A stretch of DNA of 63,916 bases, the filler included, from Phoronis australis (taxonomy: Eukaryota > Animalia > Phoronida), in NCBI GenBank assembly GCA_002633005.1. It is 8 parts of 8 records of this genome, joined end to end, with 100 filler letters (N's around TTAATTAATTAA, not from the genome) between each part and the next. Parts side by side here need not be neighbours in the genome. Positions count along the whole stretch, not along the records: positions 52,340 to 55,186 come from NMRA01003381.1; positions 55,287 to 57,654 come from NMRA01003711.1; positions 57,755 to 60,773 come from NMRA01003274.1; positions 60,874 to 62,595 come from NMRA01001406.1; positions 62,696 to 63,916 come from NMRA01000412.1; 3 more parts are not named here. One strand, given 5' to 3'. Under the pieces are notes generated by a model, which was not told the origin of the DNA, did no database searches, and saw nothing but the letters and a program-made list of their open reading frames with translations. A program made the translations under genes and the position numbers. Below, in pieces: positions 53,533 to 63,916 of this stretch. Positions within the stretch are counted from its first letter, which is position 1. Each line of letters opens with the position of its first letter.

Positions 53533-55286
53533 AGAAATGAACTTACTTCAAATAATAATATATGCATTGTTTAATAAATTTGGAAGAAGATTATTTGCAC
53601 TGGTGTAGCCAGAAGTATTAAAAACAAGGGCCAAAAATGAAATTGACAACGACCAGAGGGAACTGAATTGAAACTACCAGCACTCTATTGAAGTGTCATG
53701 AGTCACTTCAGTACAAAAATGCACCTCCCGGTTTACAATTTGCAAAAGACTTATCAACATACATTTTCTCAACACGTTAGAGACCATAGCACAAAACAAA
53801 GAAAATACAGTTTATCATCAGTCCTACATGTACCTGTAAAAGTTGCATAGATATATAGTAGCATACTGAAGGTCAACTTGGCTATGAAGTTCGTTAACAA
53901 TCGTATTCCTACCACTTGATAAGTTTTTCTACACTAGGAGTGTATAGAATGCGCCTCTGAAGGTTATATAAAGATGATTAGCCTGGCCAAGGTCACTAGG
54001 TGTTGTGAGGCCACCATTCATAGGTCCATCTTATAAGGCACCCCACTCATATGTCGGGCGCTCAACTTTTATAAGTCGGGCACTAGAGATAGGAGAAAAA
54101 CAAATTATTGTGTCCTTTGCCAGCCACCGTAATGCCAAGATTTGTACTGTTGGTTAGTCATAAGGAGGCCAATGTTACAAAGTATCTGTCCATTTTGTCT
54201 TCATCAATTCAGCATGTGTCCACCAGAATTTGAGATTGAATCAAGCTTTCACTCGGCTGCACAGCTGTGAGCCATGTTAATTATACACTTATTTTGTACA
54301 CAATATGGCCGACAAGAGAAAGTATATTTTGTGAAATTTGTCCGTAAAAGTCAAGATTAAGAACTGTTCAGTCTATGTCAAGCATGGTTTGCAGTGTATA
54401 GGTATCATAAACAACAACTGTTTCCATTACTTGAAAAAAGGTAATCAGTCTTTGAAAATGGAAAATAACCATTATGGAAATTAGTTTTGTGCAAAACATT
54501 GAGAGGAGAATTGCTATGTTACCATACTCATAGTTACATAATATGACAAACAAAATTTTCCGTTTTTTAAAATCTATAAGTATGGTAAAAATTCTCTGGT
54601 GTGAGAAAATCCGAGATGCCGAAATTCAAGCTGCAACAGCAGACTTTTCATACTGGTGCTCTCTGGAATAACGAGAATGTGAAAGTGACTTCCGTCTGAT
54701 CCCAGCTTAGATTTGATGGACAGATGTAAAAACAAATGGGTGCTTTATCAGAGTATTTTCCATCAGATGGATATATGCCTTGATAGGCTGTAAAATGTAA
54801 CAATTTTATGTCATTGTTACATTTTACATTGCTAAGCCTCTCTTAAAATGTAGCAAGTTGTTACATCTTACATAACTGTTAAAATTTACGTGGAATGCAC
54901 ATGCCAGAAATGTACCATTGTTACATTTTACATAGAAAATAAATCTGAAACTAAATAAGGTGATCCAGATCCTCCCACGGATACTATTGTTTCACGAAAT
55001 GTAGAATATAAATAGGTAAATAAAACAACAAGAATCGATCAACTGAAATTTTCGGATATAATAACGTCCTTTGTCAACAGAAACAGAAATAAAGTAAAAC
55101 GAGAGCGCTCGGAGGAGCGACACTTGGCGGAATTAATCGAAAAGACGACGAACACGATATCATTCATGTGACTAGCGAAGAAATCANNNNNNNNNNNNNN
55201 NNNNNNNNNNNNNNNNNNNNNNNNNNNNNNTTAATTAATTAANNNNNNNNNNNNNNNNNNNNNNNNNNNNNNNNNNNNNNNNNNNN

Positions 55287-55447
55287 ACATTTTCCCGATG
55301 ATCTAAAAAATCTGTTTTGGCGCGTAAAATGGCGGGAAATTTTGCGACCTGGCATTTACGAATGCGAGCTGGATTTTGAAAATGCGACCTGGGATTTTGG
55401 CTAGGTCGCAAAATGCGACCTGGCGATTTTATTAGCGTCGAGCCCTG
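55287..55447. mobile_element. Terminus of a hAT-like element
   Basis: Ends ...TTAGCGTCGAGCCCTG, similar to the TIR at 13298; GCGACCTGG subterminal repeats; related copy at about 38600-38710. Confidence 0.65.
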
Positions 55448-55640
55448 AAAATGGTTTCAAACTCAAAATAAGTAATCATGTTTTAAAATACCACAGTGCT
55501 TTTTGTCGATACATGCACTGACTAGTGATGCAAAGGTCAACAACTAACATCTTGAAATTTTAAGCATAAATACACTTTAGTTAGATATTTGTGCAACATC
55601 TTAAAATCTTACAGATATTCAACAACATGCAATCATGTAC

Positions 55641-57654
55641 CTTCCAAAATTTTACTGTCTGTGGTTTTAAAACCCACTCCGTCCAACAGGGGGTGCACAG
55701 TCTTTTCAAAGAATTCTGGAAGCTGAAAATAAAGTAATTGCCATTGAAGCACAAAGAAAAGAATGAACAGACGTTTGACTCTGGATTACAAAACATTTAT
55801 GTCTTGACATTGTGGACCCTCACGACTCCTTTGACCAAGCCTGAGTGCTCATAATTTGCTGGCCCTCACTGTTTGTAACATTAATGTGCTAGGATAAGGA
55901 AAATTAGTGAACAGCTGAAATAATGTGCTCACTGTCCGTGACACACTTTAATAAATCCAATATTCATTTTACAAATTTTTTTTAACAAAATGTTCATATT
56001 GAATAATTACTCACTCGAACTGCGACCAGAATATCTTGAATTTGATGGATTATGTAAAACGGTTACTAATTTCGGTAACCAAGTAAAAACCAAAAATGTT
56101 AAAACTATGGTATCTACTACTGCAATATGCAAATTTCATAAAAGAAGCCAGATTCTGAGAACTCCGACCATTTCCATTAAGCTCACTAGGTGGATCTTAT
56201 GTGTGAACATAGAGTGAGCGAATGAGTGAAGGGAAGTTATAGTTCAATTGTCTTCAAAATGTTGAAAATGACAACTTAAGTGGAGGAAGAAAAACAGGAT
56301 TACAGCCAGGCTCTAGTGTGGCCATATAAAATGATTTCAGGCCTCGCATGTGGGCCCATTGAAATGATCATCTGGAACCATTTTCTGCTTTATTAATATC
56401 TAGTTAAAACAGAGCTGAGGAGCTAGAAACCTGACTCAAGGGTCTAGCAGCGTGGTCCAGTGGGACTCGAACACACGACCTCGAGTACAGAAAGCATACC
56501 GGCTTTTAACACACTAGGCCACACTGCCTCCTCTCCTGTGGGTAAGGGCCCAACCAAAAGATAAAAGAGGTCCTAGGTGCCGACTAGTGCCTACAACAGT
56601 GTGTGGGATGCACGAAAACTGGAGAGGTGCAAGCACATTTTGGGAAAGCTTACTCTGAGTGCTATGTTCTCTGTGTCAACTATGAGCGACACAAGTTGGC
56701 CAGTGGTGACACCTGGTGTAGGTAGAGACTGTTGCGCCCCCTCAATGGCTTGACTACCTGGTGTTGTGCTTGATTCAGTAGCAGCAGGTTGTTTATCCAA
56801 CTACGAATAAAACAAATGATAGACTTAGAGCTCCAAGCAGATTGCCAGCTCCAGGGGTGAATACTACTTTGTTCTAATCAGCAACTATGTCCCACGGACG
56901 TTTTGCTTTGTGAAAGCATTTTCAAAATATTTTAATATTAAAATATCTTTAAATGTCAATTTTAATTTTCGTAATGACCCAATTGAAATCTAACTATCGA
57001 ACTGAAAATTATCTATACCGATTGCTGTATTAATTCTCATAACCTAACTATAGAAATCAGCAATCAAACAAATCAGAGTTCTGAAAGTAACGGGCATGGC
57101 CCCTCTATGGTTAGCAACACTGAAAACCCTCCTGAAAGACATTAAATGGGGAGAAATTAACATCAGAAAGTTCAAAGGTATACATATCTCCTGCCCAATA
57201 ACTTAAAGTTGCTATAAACTCATATTCTGTCAAAAAATTATCTCAATATGTTAGTTGGCTTGTCACAGTAGATTATTTTACACAACAAGCTTGATTACTA
57301 AGAACTGTGAGTTCTTTGCAAGTCCACAAATCACCTCTACAGTAGTTTCTGAAAAATGTTGACCATCTTCCTTCTCGTCAAAATCCCCAAAATTTCGAAG
57401 CAAAATTTCCAGCAAACTTTTAAATGATTTTGCGTTACTTTTTCATCAAATTCTCCTCTGAGTTTGCGCCATAACTTCGACGACTAACAAACTTTTTTGA
57501 AAACTACTTTAGTATGAACAAGGAGTGAGTTGAGACCATTTTATAGCAGCAGTGGTTGGTTATTAGAAAGTTAAGCACTTTTTGTATCAGCTTTAATCTT
57601 CAAACCACACACCTCTGCATTCGCCACCTCCTCTACCCAGTGACCATATCGGGA
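55641..57654 (-). CDS. COG2: Conserved oligomeric Golgi complex subunit 2, internal exons 57613-57654, 56654-56800, 55641-55722
   Basis: SRYGHWVEEV...TTGQLVSLIVDTENIALRLPEFFEKTVHPLLDGVGFK resembles recalled vertebrate COG2 (ARYSVFVNE...QLVYVVADLDKLQEQLPELLEIIKPKLEMIGFK); phases are compatible. Confidence 0.75.
56452..56528 (-). mobile_element. tRNA-derived SINE head or tRNA pseudogene
   Basis: Minus strand has an A box (TGGCCTAGTGTG) and a B box (GTTCGAGTCC) but no complete cloverleaf; a similar B-box fragment lies at about 26010-26030. Confidence 0.55.
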
Positions 57655-57998
57655 NNNNNNNNNNNNNNNNNNNNNNNNNNNNNNNNNNNNNNNNNNNNTT
57701 AATTAATTAANNNNNNNNNNNNNNNNNNNNNNNNNNNNNNNNNNNNNNNNNNNNATGTTATTAACTTCTTTTGTTCATCCTCACCACCATCTTCGTCATA
57801 TTCGTCATCTTCGTCATCATCTTTATCGTCGTCTTTTTGGTTAATTTCGCCAAGGTTCGCTCCTCGGAGCGCTTTCATTTTGTATTTCGTCTGTATTCCG
57901 GTAAATAACACAGCGACAACAAAAGTCAAAGTGGCTTAACTTGGTGTAATATCGTCACTTCCAGTTTTAAAAGTACTGGCTCTATCTTATCTGCTTCA

Positions 57999-58088
57999 GT
58001 AAGATCACTTGGTCTCCTGTTGAGTACTGGTGTACTTCTATGTAAGATCACTTGGTCTCCTGTTGAGTACTGGTGTACTTGTATGTAA
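57999..58088. repeat. 43-bp tandem duplication
   Basis: GTAAGATCACTTGGTCTCCTGTTGAGTACTGGTGTACTT occurs twice. Confidence 0.9.
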
Positions 58089-60873
58089 ATTCACAGATAA
58101 TCTGGCCTTAGTCTTGCAGCTTTGTGGATCCTATCAGTTTTCTTGTAAATAACACTTTGTTTTATCCGGGATCTTGTGCGCTGTTAGCTACGATTAACGT
58201 GTGATTTCCTTTGAGGAACTTCGATATGCACGCCATTTGATGTCTTACATTTCAAGGTGAAGAAATGAATCTTGCTTTTTGCGAGGGGATGAGATGAGGT
58301 TTTTTCAGTCTTTGTGGTGATGGGTTGCTTTGTCTAAAAATAAAATTGGTGTAGGTTTCTAGCTTATTGTTTACTCTGCGGTTTTATGTGTTGTTTTTTA
58401 TACGGTTTCACTCAACTCTGGAAAAAGAAAGTGTCTGGTGCAACTAAAAATTACCTACACAAAAGTTCCACTAGTTAGTTGTGTTTCATTTGAATTGGTG
58501 GAGGCGTAGGTTAAATTACTGAAGCCTTCAATTTATGTAAATGTATTGTTCAGGGAGTTAAATATCAGTTCTTTCCCATTTTTAATGTACCTTCTATCCA
58601 GGAAGTTGAACTGAATGACGTCAAAGTCATAGCAGTGCTTGAAATGGCAGCCTGCTGGTTGCCAATGTGATCTTAGATTTTATTTGATAACCTGGTAAAA
58701 ATCTTAGGTCACTACAAAGTTGCAACATCACATCTGAGCATGCACTTAGAAAATTCTACATGAAGTAAACAGACACAGCCTGTAATTGTTGGGTAAAAAT
58801 TAGGCGGGGTGGATGGCGTTTGCCTGCATTAGCCGTTGAGCGTGTACACGGGATATTAGAAGTGAGACGAAAAAATAGTCCTTCACCAAGAATGCAAGAC
58901 ACCACTAATTTTTTGTGTTCAATCAAAAAACATGTTTGCTGGCGGACAATTGCCTAGTTTGTCGTTTTGCACGTTGGGCGTCTTGTTTGTTTCCTTTTTT
59001 GGCTCTCGTTTGGCAACCTAAGAATTTCCCGGACAAACATTTGGGACAATGGAGGTTGATTTACCTTTGGCCACAGATTATATATGGCTCAGTCACCAGT
59101 TTCCTGAACTGTGTGTTGCTGAGGGTTGATCCAATTATCTGCTGCATATCCAACTTTTATCTTTCTTTGAAGTTACCATATCACTTCAGGCCAGTTTCTC
59201 TGAAATGTCTGAAGGAAGACATATCCAATACTTACTACTGGTTGTAAGACTGTTTTGGGTTCCAAGTGTATAATGGCTTTTTATTGAAATAGGTCCTTGA
59301 CCCTGTGACCTGTTAAGACTTGTGGAACTACAGTGACCTTAAAATGATGTTTGCCTGTTGGTGATTGTTTTCTGATTGACTGCCATTCAGTGATGTTATT
59401 GTCATCTGGTGGGGCTTGCGTCATGAAAATGTTATTTTTGTTTTCTCTGTACTTGTAATTGGACTATTTTTACTGCTACATCTTGTGGGGGGAAGTCCCA
59501 TATTTTTGCCCAGTTGTGGACAGGTTTCCCATAGTGATTGGGTGTTAACAGGATGTTAATTGTAGTTCTAAAGGCCTTATACATTATGGATTTAGAATGG
59601 TGAACTGTTCTTTCTCCACCACACAATCTTGATGTTGCTCTCTGTATGCTGTCATTGTACAGCTTAAAACATAGTCTCATGGCAAATCTAACCAGAATAG
59701 AAGTCACTGGTTATTGGACAGAACCAAGATTCTGGTAATGGCACAGGCCGGTTCCTGATTTTAGTAACTGTTTCCTGCACTGAGTGGACTGTTGTTCTGT
59801 TCTGCAATTTGGGACATACTTAAGAATTTGGTGAGTGGAAGCTCCTGTAAAAATTGTGTTTTCTTTGATATGGAAAGTCGCCATATTTCTCAAATTTTGG
59901 ATGATGTGTTTTCAATCTACGTGGTGTGTAACTTCGTCATCTTTCTGGTCATTTGTTGAATTTGGGATGGCCATTATTGTCCCGCTAGAATTAGTGACAA
60001 GCTTCGATCTTGAGCAAAATTTTTCACTGTCGCAAATTGGAGAATTGTAACATGTCAGCGGCAACTCTGTGAACTCATTGGCCTGACAAGAATAAAGCAG
60101 TTTGTTTAGAAATGCTGTAAAATACAAACAAACTATTGAACAGTAATGCTCCACACTATTTAACTGCACCTTGACTCTGGATTAATAGTGCTGCTATAGC
60201 TACTACCATACACATGGACTCCCTGAGAAATTGGGAAGGTTTGGACGCCTTATTTTTGAAATTCTGGTATACCCTGGATGACCCTCTGGCTTAGATGATT
60301 ACTTTCTGGCCAATGAGAATTAATTTTTACATTACCTGACAACAGCAAATCGCTCATTAACTCATTGCAATTGTGTCTGCTACATATTTTTTTTCTGTTT
60401 ACTAGGAACGTAATAAAGCTAAGTAATTTTCTTGATGTATGTGGGTAACCCAACCTGCGTGGAGTTATAAGCTGGGCTGTAGTTCACTAGAGGATGACTA
60501 CTCGGCTCACAACTTTTAGGTTTGCCCTTGTTTATTAACAGGAGCTTCTGTTTGGTAGCATTGAAATCAACTCAGTGTTTCAATGGAAAACAAGTATGGG
60601 ATTCATGTAATCTGATTTTTTTTCACGGAATTGGACATTTTGAACATAATTTCTGTAGCCATTGTCGTAATTTTGCTATTTTTGAGTTTTTAATTATCAA
60701 ATTAAAGAAAAGTTCATCAAATTTAACATATTCAGTTGGCATTGTTCACTTTCCTGTTCTGAGAAACAATAAANNNNNNNNNNNNNNNNNNNNNNNNNNN
60801 NNNNNNNNNNNNNNNNNTTAATTAATTAANNNNNNNNNNNNNNNNNNNNNNNNNNNNNNNNNNNNNNNNNNNN

Positions 60874-62595
60874 ATTATCAAGGGTTTCCTTGTAGGCGAG
60901 ACGTTTGAAAATAATTTTCGTGAAAATCTCTTACAACAATTTGTAGAAGACCAGAGACGTCTAGTTGCTTCCCTTGTTTCCGAATGTATACCTATTGCTG
61001 TTGAAAGCTCGGGTAAGAAGCAATTGAATGTGGTTGAAATTGACGTCACCCCTTCGTCTAAGAACACCGATGATGTGTTCATTACGAGCAAAGAGAAAAA
61101 GAAGTTATGTTTTTATGTATGGAAGAACGGGCATGCACAGCTTCTCGATGAAAAAGAAATTGAGACATTTCTGAAAGAAAGACCGAGATGGCAGAAAACG
61201 CGTCGGTTTGCTGAAAATGGGGGCGATCCTAAATCGCCAACGTTCTATTACGAGAAGTTGAAGAGCATGACCACTTCATTCACGTTGGGAAATGAAGATG
61301 TTTCTGATGGTATTTACCCAGTGTTAATTGTAAATTCGTTACCTCAAAACACTTCAGAAATTGAAATCGCTGACAAGTATTGTTTTATCAGCCAAATTCC
61401 ATGGAAATTTGTGCTTGACTTCACAGGAGATCGGACACTAGTGGATTGGCTCTTGAGTGCAGGGAAAGCAGTTAATATCAGAGAGATTAAATCGATCACC
61501 CAATGTGATGATGGTAAACTTCTTGTGCCAAAAGCCACGACATGGATTCTAATGAACAATGACCGAGATCCAGTTAAGTGTAATGGCCCCATGTGGAGAA
61601 GACACTTCACAAACAATGCACGGGATCTTGTTAAGATAATGAATAGAGAGATGCCTAATAATCGAGTTTCCATAGTCTTTGCTTTGTTATCAGAAAAAAA
61701 AAATATCATGATGGAAATATTTCCAGAAATTGACAGAGTATTCCCTGAGCAATGGAGTGTTATTTGCGAGAGCCCAGATCTACTCGCCGCTTGGAATTCT
61801 GAAATAATCAAACGATTGGGAGAGGAAAGTCAGTATGATGAAGAACTAAACGACAGAAGCACTACAGGCGTTCCTTGGCATATTATTTCAGAGACACTGA
61901 AGTCTGTAACCAGGCCACAAATCAATGCTGCTTGCAATCTTCCGTCACCAAAAGGTGAAACCGTTATCAATGGCAAAAGTGACTGGTCGTGTCTTGAGCT
62001 TCTCGGAATGGATGAATGCGAAAGTGTTCTAAAAGAGTGGGCTAAGCTCAGAAATATTGCAGACCTAGAGAAAGAAGAAGAAGAACGGTTTTGTAGGGGA
62101 GCAGAAGTCAGTTGGTTCAATTTTGCCTTCAAAGGGCAAGTTTGTAGACGTGACATACATCAAAAGCTGCTGGGGGCTGTTGAAGACACGCTTACAGGAA
62201 AACATCGATCCCCATATCTCGACCGCAATTCGGGTGCAGTGGGAGTTATCAATTTGTATCATCAACCAGGAGCTGGCGCAACAACCTCAAGCCGCCAAGT
62301 TCTCTGGGATTTGAAAAAGAAATTCCGATGTGCCGTCGTAAAGGAAATTGTTCCGAATACGACTTGCAGGCAGATTTTGGACTTTAGGGGCCTAAATGAG
62401 AATGAAGAGTGTCACACAGACCCGGTTCTCCTCCTTGTTGATAACGAGGAGTTGAAAAATGTCCGTCTACTTCGAACCGAACTGGAGGCTGAAGCTGGGA
62501 GCATAGCACGGGAAACAGTCGATTTAGACGACGAAACAAGAGAACCGCGTGATGCCCGCAAACCACATTCATTTGTTGTCGTCATGCTTGTCTGC
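60874..62595 (+). CDS. SAMD9/SAMD9L-like protein, internal fragment (AlbA_2 end, SIR2-like, P-loop STAND NTPase); open across the whole contig
   Basis: NVVEIDVTP (AlbA C-terminal strand), VLIVN...IPWKFVLDF, TWILMN, F.RG.EVSWFNF, Walker A region INLYHQPGAGATTSSRQVLWDLKKKFRCAVVK (recalled SAMD9: LYHHPGCGGTT...LWELRKKFRCAVLK), Walker B PVLLLVD. No stop in 574 codons. Confidence 0.9.
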
Positions 62596-63529
62596 NNNNN
62601 NNNNNNNNNNNNNNNNNNNNNNNNNNNNNNNNNNNNNNNTTAATTAATTAANNNNNNNNNNNNNNNNNNNNNNNNNNNNNNNNNNNNNNNNNNNNTGACA
62701 TTTTTCATTTTCCGAATGCACGCCCATGGGCTTATCTACGGAAAATCCCGGTATATAAGCATTTTGTGAAAATGACTATTTAAATGATCTGATTCAATTT
62801 ACGTAGGAACGTTTTAACAGTTAATGTTTATGAAGGCTAGGGAGTTTATTTTTTGTAATTTCTCTTAAATTTTACCCCCATAGATTGGTCATGTAACATG
62901 GAACGAAGTAACGTTCTACAATTGATTAGAAAACAATATAATATTCCGACTGCTATCGAGAAACGCCTCAGTATACTTCGCCATCTATTGAGAAATGGCT
63001 TGGTGACCAACAATTCGATCACTACACTACACTGTTTTTGGCTTATTCCCGTGCCACATGTATACGACTAACGTTAAACCAAGACATGTACACTTATGCC
63101 CTGCACATTTTCTAATAATATAACTTAAAACTGAGCCCAGAGTTCATTTGAAAATAATTAGGGACTCAGTCTTTAAATTTGGAGTGTTGCATGAAAAGAT
63201 CCCTATTTATTTTCGATGATATTGACTATTTAACGTAAAGCTCAATCTCCATTTGTATCAAAGTTAAAAGTTGACTTAGTAATAAAACTAAAACAATTCA
63301 AGAAAGGGCAATCGAAGTTTCCACAAGTCCAATAATACGCAGTAGTTTTAGGGAACTTTGTCAGGTGGCTCACCTCAGAGAGTAAACATTAGCGATTCTG
63401 ATACAGTACATGCAGTGTGTGTTAACATGGGACACTGGAACACATTTTAACGATTGTTATGTTACTGTAGAAAGTGGACTCTGGAAAATAACAATATTTA
63501 ATACAAAGAGACAAATGAACACCTGCTCC

Positions 63530-63890
63530 ATAGTTGTCAACATCCGAGAACGAAAAAACGGGACAACTGGAATGAAAAGCGGGACTTCCGGATAAAAAGC
63601 GAGGCGTCTGGGTCTATGCCAGAACGCAAGGGAGGAATGTTCGACAGCGCTTTTTGTCGAACAGGAGACGTTGCAGACCGACTGCATTGTTTAAATCGAA
63701 TAGGAAATTGCGGGTCATTCAAAAACCATTTTTTTATTTTTAGTCGAACAGGAAAATAGTGGTATGTTACGTGGGACATAACGGTAGTATTTGATAAAAT
63801 GTCCCTGTGTGTCAAAAAGCGGGTCATGTGGCGGCATGGCGGAAAAAATTAAAAAGTGGGATAGTCCGCCATGAGTGGGACAATGGGGCT
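63530..63890. mobile_element. Possible degenerate hAT-type MITE
   Basis: Clustered CGGGAC/GTGGGAC subterminal-like motifs; TIR and TSD not resolved. Confidence 0.3.
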
Positions 63891-63916
63891 ATTCGGAGAA
63901 TTCTCCTCGCGGTGTC

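Noticed and set aside
54030-54790. Possible terminal exons (YQGIYPSDGKYSDKAPICF...; ARLIKVERPTYEWGAL*)
   Set aside because: Phases do not join and no family is recognised.
56452-56528. Functional tRNA gene
   Set aside because: A and B boxes are present but the acceptor and anticodon stems do not pair well; treated as SINE-like.
23395-62595. Defence island linking the SAMD9-like and ANK-protease genes
   Set aside because: They are on different contigs separated by artificial spacers.

Overview
Animal genomic DNA, AT-rich with GT-AG introns; a marine invertebrate such as a mollusc is likely but is my inference. It is not prokaryotic. The window joins 8 contigs with identical 100-bp spacers (N44-TTAATTAATTAA-N44), so adjacency across gaps says nothing about linkage. 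Contig 1 (1-20808) holds most of a spliced NUFIP1/Rsa1 gene (-). Its introns contain a decayed, intron-bearing ZNF862-like hAT transposon, a foldback element with two convergent THAP frames, MITEs, and a Helentron-type element carrying eight co-oriented CTCF-like motifs. Contig 2 has three PKHD1L1 (fibrocystin-L) exons. Contig 3 (23184-52239) has a multi-exon gene that the ORF track misses: an ankyrin-repeat array spliced in frame to a FAM111-like trypsin (S1) protease domain. It may have a hydrophobic N-terminal exon, and there are upstream NF-kB/STAT-like motifs. This fusion is the best candidate for an undescribed system. Other contigs hold COG2 exons, an intronless SAMD9-like fragment (AlbA end, SIR2-like, STAND NTPase) and repeats. 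All family calls come from hand translation and recalled motifs; no database search was run.
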